Shown here: one piece after another, positions 57,015 through 64,000 of the stretch
Layout of the letters: each line of letters opens with the position of its first letter
Position numbering within the stretch: position 1 is the stretch's first letter
Source of the DNA: Vicinamibacteria bacterium
GTDB lineage: Bacteria > Acidobacteriota > Vicinamibacteria > Marinacidobacterales > Marinacidobacteraceae
Reading direction: 5' to 3'
DNA length: 64,000 nt
Assembly: GCA_964291235.2 (NCBI GenBank)
Contig: OZ219816.1
Location: forward strand, 768,001-832,000
The notes under the pieces: model-generated
Database searches by the model: none
Seen by the model: only the letters and a program-made list of their open reading frames with translations
What the model was told of the DNA's origin: nothing
Position numbers and translations under genes: made by a program

Positions 57015-57356
57015 ATGAGCGAGCTGGCGAGCAGGAGTTGCGTTCCGTGCCGGGGCGGGGTGCCCCCGATGGATTCGGCGGAGGTGGAGAACTACCTCGG
57101 CAGGATCGAGGGATGGGGACACGCCGAACACCGCCGGATTTCCCGAACGTTTGTCTTTCCCGACTTCGTGAAGGCGCTGGGTTTCGCGAACCGGGTTGGC
57201 GAGATCGCCGAGACGGAAGGGCATCACCCCGATCTGCTGGTCGCCTGGGGGCGCGTCGAGGTCACCATCTGGACCCACAAGGTGAACGGGCTCACCGAGA
57301 GCGACTTCATCCTCGCCGCGAAGATCGATCGCCTCTCCCGCGGCGCCGCGCCCTGA
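57015..57356 (+). CDS. phhB: Pterin-4-alpha-carbinolamine dehydratase
   Basis: CVPCRGG, EGHHPDL and WTHKVNGLTESDFILAAKID. Confidence 0.93.
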   Translation: MSELASRSCVPCRGGVPPMDSAEVENYLGRIEGWGHAEHRRISRTFVFPDFVKALGFANRVGEIAETEGHHPDLLVAWGRVEVTIWTHKVNGLTESDFILAAKIDRLSRGAAP

Positions 57357-57448
57357 CGGGCCTCCTGACAAACTCCCTGACGCACCTCGCGACGAACCGC
57401 GGCAGCACCCAACGTTCGCCGCCGGATTCTCCCGCTCCGGCATAGGCC

Positions 57449-58885
57449 ATGACCCATCTGACTCCTGAGGAATTCGTTCACGACGGCCGGGCTGTCCTGG
57501 ATTGGCTCGCCGACTACTGGCGCCGGGTCGAGGATCTGCCCGTTCTTTCCCGGGTACGCCCCGGCGAGATTCGCGCCCTCCTGCCGGAACATCCTCCCGA
57601 GAGCGGCGAACCGTTCGACGCGGTGATGCAGGACCTCGACCGGATCGTGCTCCCCGGCCTGACGAATTGGCAGTCGCCGAGTTTTTACGCGTTCTTCCCG
57701 TCGAACAACTCCGGTCCGTCGGTCCTCGGGGAGCTGCTTGCCGCCGGCCTGGGAGTGCAGGGCATGCTCTGGGCGACGAGTCCGGCGTGCACCGAACTGG
57801 AGACGCACGTCCTCGATTGGCTGGTGGAGTTGCTGGATCTGCCTCCGGCTTTTCGGTCGGACGGCCCCGGTGGCGGCGTCATCCAGGACACCGCTTCCTC
57901 TGCCACGCTGACCGCCCTTCTCGCCGCGCGCGAGCGCGCTACCGCGTTTGAGTCGAACCGGATCGGCGTTCGGGCGCCACTCGTGGCGTACGGGTCGGAA
58001 GAGTCCCACTCCTCGCTCCTCAAGGCGGTCCGGATCGCCGGGCTGGGGAGCGACAACCTGCGCTCGATTCCGGTGGACCCGAGGACCCGCGCCGCCCGGC
58101 CCGAGGCGCTCGCGGCCCTGATTCGCGAGGATCTCGCCGCGGGGCGGGTTCCCTGCTTCGTGGCGGTGACGCTGGGCACCACCTCGACCGGGGCATTCGA
58201 TCCGCTCGCCAGCATCGGGAGAATCGCCCGGGAACATCGGATCTGGGTCCACGTGGACGCCGCCATGTCGGGGACCGCGTTCCTGTGCCCGGAGTTTCGT
58301 TACCTGCAGGCGGGTACGGAGTTTGCCGACTCCTACTGTTTCAACCCGCACAAGTGGATGTTCACCAACTTCGATTGCGACGCTTTCTGGGTCCGGGATC
58401 GCCGAGCGCTCATCGACACGCTCTCGGTGACTCCGGAATACCTGAAGAACCGGGCCTCCGAGGCAGGGGAGGTCCTTGACTATCGGGATTGGCAGATCCC
58501 GCTCGGCAGGCGATTCCGGGCCCTCAAGCTGTGGCTGGTACTCCGGCACTACGGCGCCGAAGGGCTCCGGGCGCACATCCGGGAGCACGTGGCCCTCGGC
58601 CAGGAGTTCCTCGAGTGGGTCGAAAGCGCCGACGACTTCGAAGTCCTGACCCCGGCGCCGCTGAACCACGTCACGTTCCGCTATCGCCGGGAGGGCGTCC
58701 CGCCGGATGACCTGAACCGCCGCCTGCTGCAGGCGCTCAACGAGTCCGGCCGTCTCTATCTCACCCATACCCGCGTTCCCGCCGGGATCGCGCTGCGCAT
58801 GGTGGTGGCCCAGACTCAAACCACCCGCGCCCACGTGGTGGACGCCTGGGACCGGATCACCCGCACCGCCCGCGGGCTCCCCTAG
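57449..58885 (+). CDS. Group II PLP decarboxylase, aromatic-L-amino-acid decarboxylase-like
   Basis: PGLTNWQSP, SPACTELE, GGGVIQ, HVDAA, FNPHKW and DWQIPLGRRFRALKLW. Confidence 0.92.
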   Translation: MTHLTPEEFVHDGRAVLDWLADYWRRVEDLPVLSRVRPGEIRALLPEHPPESGEPFDAVMQDLDRIVLPGLTNWQSPSFYAFFPSNNSGPSVLGELLAAGLGVQGMLWATSPACTELETHVLDWLVELLDLPPAFRSDGPGGGVIQDTASSATLTALLAARERATAFESNRIGVRAPLVAYGSEESHSSLLKAVRIAGLGSDNLRSIPVDPRTRAARPEALAALIREDLAAGRVPCFVAVTLGTTSTGAFDPLASIGRIAREHRIWVHVDAAMSGTAFLCPEFRYLQAGTEFADSYCFNPHKWMFTNFDCDAFWVRDRRALIDTLSVTPEYLKNRASEAGEVLDYRDWQIPLGRRFRALKLWLVLRHYGAEGLRAHIREHVALGQEFLEWVESADDFEVLTPAPLNHVTFRYRREGVPPDDLNRRLLQALNESGRLYLTHTRVPAGIALRMVVAQTQTTRAHVVDAWDRITRTARGLP

Positions 58886-59082
58886 CAGCCTGTGGTGAAA
58901 CCCCCGTGAGCGCCGAGAGTGGCGAGGCCCAGTTCTCCCGGTGGGGGTCCGGCTGACAAGGCGCGTAAGGGAGGAATACCGGGTGTATTTCGACCGAAAC
59001 GCAACGCAGAGCGCCGCAAAGCGGCGCGGCTCAGCCGGGATGCATCGCCGCTTGAACGCCGCGGGGGTTTTGCCACAGGCTG
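58886..59082. mobile_element. 197-bp MITE with 21-bp terminal inverted repeats flanked by CTAG
   Basis: Left CAGCCTGTGGTGAAACCCCCG and right end (reverse complement) CAGCCTGTGGCAAAACCCCCG match at 19 of 21 positions. CTAG lies at 58882-58885 and 59083-59086. Confidence 0.8.
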
Positions 59083-59117
59083 CTAGCAGCTGCCGGCCGG
59101 GTTGAGCCCGCGGCGGT

Positions 59118-60872
59118 TCAGCCTTTGCGGCCCGGCGGCTCCACGGTGACGGTCACGATGTCGGTGTCGTGATACTGCCGGTGGCGAACCGCCGAAGAGA
59201 GGTGCCTGAGAAGCCTCAACGACACGTCCCGCTCGGCCGAGTCCTCATCGATGCGATCACTCAGCAGGGCCATCCGGTCCTCGACGTTTTCCGAGCCGGC
59301 GGTGGCGACAAACTCCAGAGCAGCTCCGGCGCCCTGGCGGCGCGCCGTTACCCGGAGGCGCCGGCGCGGCCGACGATCGCCGGACTGGTCCGACGCCAGG
59401 AGCGTCAACAGGCTCTCCTCGCCGACCGCCCCGAGGCGGTCGACCATCGGCGCCCCGAACCGGTTTCGTGACGCGAATCCGGCCAGGAAGTCGTGAATGT
59501 CCTGTCCGGCCCGCAGTTCGAGATTCGTTTGCAGCCGGCTCGCCCGGGGCTCGGTGAGCTGGACGAACCCGGTCAGGAGGATGGCCACGATGCCGCCGGC
59601 GGTCATCCCGTTCGTCAGGAGACCGCCGGCGAAGTCCCGCACCAGTTCGGGAAAGATGAGGTCGAATTCGAACCCGAGCCCGGCCCAGAATGCCGCGCCG
59701 ACGATGAGGCTCTTGCGGTGGTCGAACCCGTCGGTCGCGAGCAGCTTGAGTCCGACTCCGAACAGCAGGGCCACCAGTACCGCGATGAAGGCGCCCAGCA
59801 CGGCGCCCGGCACCGACAGGATGACGGCGAGGGCCTTCGGCATGAAGGCGAACGCCGCCAGCACGATCCCCATCGCGATCCCGACGGCCCGCGAGGCCAC
59901 TCCGGTCATCCCGGTGACGGATGCGCTGGTCGCAAGGTTCGACATCGGCATGCCGCCCATCAGGCCCGCCAGCAGGCTGCTGACCCCGCCCGTCGCCACC
60001 GCGTTCTGCACCGCCCGGAAGTCCACGGCCCGGCGGCGCCGCCAGGACACGTTCTGGATCGCCAGCCCCGCGCTGATGGTCTGCATGGTGGCCACCACGG
60101 TCACGAACCAGAACCCCGGCAGCAGCGCCCAGAACGCGGAGCCGAAGGTCAGGTCCAGGCCCGGCCAGCCCGGCTCGGGAATGGCGATCCAGCGTGCGTC
60201 GGCCACCCTCGCCACGTCGTAGAGGCCGAAGGCGCCCCCGACCAGCGACCCGGCGACCACCCCGGCGATCGGCGCCCAGAGCCGCCAGGCGCCGGTGGCC
60301 TTCAACGAGATGGCGCAGATGGTGAGCAGGGTCACGAGCGCCGTCACGGGGGCGGCCCCGGTCGGCGCGCCCTCCCGAACGTCATCCAGCATGCCGTAGA
60401 TCGCCGGCATGACGTTGACGATCATGAGGAGGAGGACCGTCGCCGACACCGTCGGAGTGAGAACCCGGCGCATCCAGGAGAGTCGGAACGAGAACAGGCA
60501 TTGGAGGAGCGCCGCGCTGACGACCAATGTCGCGAGGAGCGCCGGTCCCCCGGTGCGCAGCGCGTCGGTGGCGACCGCGATGCCGGCGGCGGAAACCGAC
60601 GGCGCCAGGACGAACCCGGCGCCGATCCGCCCGAATCGGATTGCCTGAAGAGCCGCGCTCAGACCGCAAACCAGGACGGAGGCGAACACCACCCAGGACA
60701 GGAGGGCATCGTCCGCGCCGGCGGCCCGGAATGCGATGGTGGGAATCAGGATCGCCACGAACAGCGGAGTGACCGCGATCTGCAGGCCGAGCCCCAGCGC
60801 GACGGGAATCGGGGGCCGTTCTGCCGGTTCGTAACGGATGCTCCTATCCTCCGGACCGGCGGCGGCTCCCAT
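59118..60872 (-). CDS. NCS2 (xanthine/uracil) permease-like protein with a C-terminal degenerate HATPase-like domain
   Basis: YEPAERPP, LQAIRFGRIG, GMTGVASR and AFMPK, followed by a soluble tail of about 140 aa. GGAGG lies before ATG 60872. Confidence 0.8.
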   Translation of the reverse strand: MGAAAGPEDRSIRYEPAERPPIPVALGLGLQIAVTPLFVAILIPTIAFRAAGADDALLSWVVFASVLVCGLSAALQAIRFGRIGAGFVLAPSVSAAGIAVATDALRTGGPALLATLVVSAALLQCLFSFRLSWMRRVLTPTVSATVLLLMIVNVMPAIYGMLDDVREGAPTGAAPVTALVTLLTICAISLKATGAWRLWAPIAGVVAGSLVGGAFGLYDVARVADARWIAIPEPGWPGLDLTFGSAFWALLPGFWFVTVVATMQTISAGLAIQNVSWRRRRAVDFRAVQNAVATGGVSSLLAGLMGGMPMSNLATSASVTGMTGVASRAVGIAMGIVLAAFAFMPKALAVILSVPGAVLGAFIAVLVALLFGVGLKLLATDGFDHRKSLIVGAAFWAGLGFEFDLIFPELVRDFAGGLLTNGMTAGGIVAILLTGFVQLTEPRASRLQTNLELRAGQDIHDFLAGFASRNRFGAPMVDRLGAVGEESLLTLLASDQSGDRRPRRRLRVTARRQGAGAALEFVATAGSENVEDRMALLSDRIDEDSAERDVSLRLLRHLSSAVRHRQYHDTDIVTVTVEPPGRKG

Positions 60873-61029
60873 GGACGAACCTCCTGCGCTCGCTACGCGT
60901 CTCCGACGCGCCAGCCGTTCCTTCCTGGCGGGACGGTTCGCGTCATTCCTGCCCAAGATAGCCGAACCGACCGGCGTGGGCGGCGGCCCGCCCGGTCGGG
61001 TGCGGCTGCCAGGCGGGTGCGTCTCCCTG

Positions 61030-62244
61030 TCAGAAGCGGAAGCCGTGGGCGATCGTCGTGAGCTGCATGTTTTCCGTGCCCTCGTAGATCGTCCCCGCCT
61101 TGGCGTCCCGCCAGAGCTTCTCCGCGAGGCAATCCGTGGTGTATCCCGTTCCCCCGTGGATCTCGATGGCGAGGGAGGTCACCGACTCGGCCATCCGTTG
61201 GGCGGTCAGCTTGGCCATTGCCGCGGCGTAGCGCGTCTCGTTTCCCTGGTCCGCCAGCCGCGCCGCGTTCCAGGTGGCCAGCCGCGCCGTTTCCACCTGC
61301 GTTGCGGCGTTCGCGAGGGCGAACGCGACCGCCTGGTTCCGGCCGATTTTCCGGCCGAAGGCCTCGCGTTCCCGGGCGTATGACACCGCAAGTTCCAGGG
61401 CGGCCTGTCCGACGCCCACCAATTGGGCGGCGATCCCGATGCGGCCCTCGTTCAGGAGCGACATGGCGAGGCGCTGCCCTCCCCCGACTTCCCCGAGCAC
61501 GTCTTCTTCCGCCACCAAGCAGTCCTTGAAGAAGAGAGGGGTGGTGCTGGATGCCTTGAGGCCGACTTTCGACTCCGGCGGGCCCACGGTGAGGCCGTCG
61601 CTCTCCCGATCCACCAGGAATGCGGTGACTCCCCCTTCTGAACCTGTTCCGTCGCCGGTGGGCACCCGGGCGAAGACCAGGAAGAGTCCGGCTTCCCGGC
61701 CGCCCGACACCCAGGCTTTCGAACCGTTGAGCGAAAAGCCGCCACGGACGCGTTCCGCGGTGGTGCGGAGCGCGAAGGCGTCGCTTCCGGCATGGGCTTC
61801 CGAGAGGGAGAAGGCGCCGATGCGGTCGCCCGCCAGCTTCGGCAGATGCCGGAAACGCTGGCTTCGCTGGCCGAAGCGGTTGATGGCCCCGGCGACCATC
61901 GTGTTGTGAACATCCACCAGCAGGGCCACCGCGGCATCGGCCTGCGCCAGCGCCTCCACGGTAAGCGCCACATCGAAGAGGCCCTGTCCGCTGCCCCCCA
62001 ATTGCTCGGGAATCACTACCCCGAAGAACCCGTACCGGCTCAGCGTCTTCACCAGTTCGGCGGGGATCCGCCCTTCCCTTTCCATCGCTCTGGTGAGCGG
62101 CGCCACCTCCGCCCGGGCAACCTGATGAACGGCCCCGAAATGCAGCCGTTCGCTCTCCGAAAGAACGCTCAGCGGGTTCGTGTCGCTGCTCGCCGGCAGC
62201 GGTTCGGTCTGTGCCGCGGGACTCTGGAAAACCTGGACGGACAC
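61030..62244 (-). CDS. Acyl-CoA dehydrogenase
   Basis: FSLSEAHAGSDA, LNGSKAW, LNEGRIGIAAQ, REAFG and IYEGTENMQ. GTG start is approximate. Confidence 0.92.
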   Translation of the reverse strand: MSVQVFQSPAAQTEPLPASSDTNPLSVLSESERLHFGAVHQVARAEVAPLTRAMEREGRIPAELVKTLSRYGFFGVVIPEQLGGSGQGLFDVALTVEALAQADAAVALLVDVHNTMVAGAINRFGQRSQRFRHLPKLAGDRIGAFSLSEAHAGSDAFALRTTAERVRGGFSLNGSKAWVSGGREAGLFLVFARVPTGDGTGSEGGVTAFLVDRESDGLTVGPPESKVGLKASSTTPLFFKDCLVAEEDVLGEVGGGQRLAMSLLNEGRIGIAAQLVGVGQAALELAVSYAREREAFGRKIGRNQAVAFALANAATQVETARLATWNAARLADQGNETRYAAAMAKLTAQRMAESVTSLAIEIHGGTGYTTDCLAEKLWRDAKAGTIYEGTENMQLTTIAHGFRF

Positions 62245-62307
62245 GCTACCGGCAGCGTAGCAGCCCGTGGGGAAAGCGCCCCGCACGAGCCCGGGGTCGA
62301 TGCCGCG

Positions 62308-62601
62308 ACCCCCACCGCGAGAATTGGAGCGCCGGCCTCCGGCCGGCATCGCGGCCGCAGGCCGCGAAACTCCCAGGGTTGATCGTCCCCAATGGCTGCA
62401 ACCCAAACGGGGACGGCGCATCGCTCTACCGCCGCACCAGCGGCGCTGCGCCATGCGGCGGGGCGGCGGCGCCATCCTGGCGCTCCTATGCGGAGGTGTG
62501 ACGATGCGCCGTCCTCGTATAGGTCGGCGCCATCAAGAACGAACAGGTTTGGGAGTTTCGCCTCGCTTTACTCGGCGATGCCGGCCGGAGGCCGGCGCTC
62601 C
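62308..62601. repeat. Second BIME/MITE-like mosaic
   Basis: ggagcgccggcctccggccggcatcgc...gcgaaactccc and its inverted partner gggagtttcgc...gatgccggccggaggccggcgctcc. The internal gcaacccaaacggggacggcgcatcgctctaccgccgc is identical to 52512-52549. Confidence 0.8.
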
Positions 62602-62614
62602 TTGCGCTCCTGGA

Positions 62615-64000
62615 TCAGTAGTCGGCGAGGTCGCGGATGGCGCTCAGCAGATCCTCGGCCTGCGGCAGCGTCTCCGCTTCCACGTCCGGGTTGTAGGCGA
62701 CCCAGGTGTCCTGGGCCGCGACCCGGCGGACGGGGGCGTCGAGATCCTCGAACAACTCGTCCGCGATGCGGGCGGCTATTTCCGCGCCGTACCCGAAGCT
62801 CCTGGTGTCTTCATAGGCCACCAGCACCCGGTTCGTGCGCCCGATGCTCTCGCGGATCGCAGCCCAGTCGTAGGGCGCGAGAGTGCGGAGGTCCAGGATC
62901 TCCACTGAGATCCCGTCGGCAGCCGCCTTCCTGGCGGCCAGTTCGGCCCGGTGAACGAGCGCCCCGAAGGTCACGAGCGTCAGGTCTTCCCCCGGCCGCA
63001 CGGTGCGCGCTTTCCCGAAGGGGATCATGAAATCCGGTCCCGGGTCGGGACTCTTGTTGTAGGTCTGCCGATAGAGGTGCTTGTGTTCCAGGAAGATGAC
63101 CGGGTCTTCACAGCGGATGGCGGTGCGCAGGAGGCCGGCGGCGTCGAGTGCGGTTGAGGGCTGCACCACCCGCAACCCCGGGAGATGGGTGAAGAGGACC
63201 TCGGCGGACTGGCTGTGGTAAACGGCGCCTCCGGTCAGGTAGCCGCCGGTGGGAACCCGAAGCACGAGCGGGGCGCTGTAGTTGCTGTTCGCGCGCCAGC
63301 GGAGACTGGCGAGTTCGTTCCGGATCTGCATGTAGGCGGGCCAGATGTAGTCGAGGAACTGGATCTCCGCGACCGGGCGCAGCCCGCGCAGCGCCATGCC
63401 GACTCCCATCCCGACGATCGTGGCCTCGGCCAGGGGGGTGTTGAACACCCGTTCCGATCCGAATTCGCGCTGGAGGCCGTAACTGACCTTGAAGACGCCG
63501 CCCTTGCCCTTGACCTCCCGGAGCACCTGCTCGCGGCTCGCGTCCGCCACGTCCTGTCCGAACACCACGATCCGTGGGTCGCGAGCCATTTCGGAGCGGA
63601 TCGTCGCGTTGATCAGGTCCACCATCGTTCCGGGCTTCGCGTCCGGCTCATAGCGCGGTTCGGTGTCGAACTCCTCGGAGCACGGATCGACTTCGGGGCT
63701 GTAGAGGTGGTCGCAGGCGCTGTCCGGAGGGGCCCAGGGGAGGGCGAGGGCATCGGTGGCGGCCGCGGCGACTTCCGCCTGGGTCCGCTTCTGAAGAGCG
63801 TCGAGTTCCTCCCGGGTGGCGCCGCCCGAGGCGGTGAGCCGGTCTCTCAGCCGCGCCAGCGGATCGCGCCGCTGGTCCGTTTCCATTTCGGTTGCCGTCC
63901 GGTAATCGCGATCCTCATCGGAGAGCGAGTGGGGCATCAGGCGGATCACCCGAGCATGCACGAGCGCCGGTCCCTCGCCGGCCCGCACGTAGTCGAAGGC
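62615..64000 (-). CDS. Fused E1 alpha/beta 2-oxoacid dehydrogenase, 5'-truncated by the window edge
   Basis: Alpha-subunit end ([13 protein letters not shown]...DP) runs directly into beta motifs [28 protein letters not shown] and FLEHK. Confidence 0.92.
   Translation of the reverse strand, partial: AFDYVRAGEGPALVHARVIRLMPHSLSDEDRDYRTATEMETDQRRDPLARLRDRLTASGGATREELDALQKRTQAEVAAAATDALALPWAPPDSACDHLYSPEVDPCSEEFDTEPRYEPDAKPGTMVDLINATIRSEMARDPRIVVFGQDVADASREQVLREVKGKGGVFKVSYGLQREFGSERVFNTPLAEATIVGMGVGMALRGLRPVAEIQFLDYIWPAYMQIRNELASLRWRANSNYSAPLVLRVPTGGYLTGGAVYHSQSAEVLFTHLPGLRVVQPSTALDAAGLLRTAIRCEDPVIFLEHKHLYRQTYNKSPDPGPDFMIPFGKARTVRPGEDLTLVTFGALVHRAELAARKAAADGISVEILDLRTLAPYDWAAIRESIGRTNRVLVAYEDTRSFGYGAEIAARIADELFEDLDAPVRRVAAQDTWVAYNPDVEAETLPQAEDLLSAIRDLADY

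Noticed and set aside
61030-62475. 481-aa version of the acyl-CoA dehydrogenase
   Set aside because: The extension runs through the repeat element at 62308-62601. A start near 62244 fits the family length.

Overview
A high-GC bacterial chromosome segment from a Gram-negative organism (TonB receptor, TolC-type channel). AddAB plus a fused E1 alpha/beta 2-oxoacid dehydrogenase would fit an Acidobacteriota-like lineage, but that is inference only. No rRNA, tRNA, CRISPR array or transposase was seen. Recognisable housekeeping content: SSS transporter-ampG-TonB receptor, a cobinamide salvage cluster (cobT/S/C/O/U plus a BtuDFC-like ABC), addBA, M20 and P1 peptidases, a polar amino-acid ABC transporter, phhB with an aromatic amino-acid decarboxylase, an acyl-CoA dehydrogenase and a fused E1. 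Most interesting parts: (1) a two-gene cassette at 5126-8964 behind an AT-rich, palindrome-rich leader, encoding an HTH + PLD-like (FHDRY) protein coupled to a 714-aa helical unknown, a candidate defence system; (2) a 15-kb isoprenoid-type island at 33923-49246 with squalene synthase in frame behind an Lcp/MpaB-like oxygenase, two FAD oxidoreductase paralogs, two RND pumps, an MFP and an OMF, with fossil fragments of the same genes in its spacers; (3) four tandem ArsR-like units (two intact, two decayed) with repeated promoter/operators and no ars effector genes; (4) two families of non-autonomous inverted-repeat elements, one sitting on CTAG stop codons; (5) an NCS2 permease fused to a degenerate HATPase-like domain. 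All calls come from reading motifs by eye; no searches were run.
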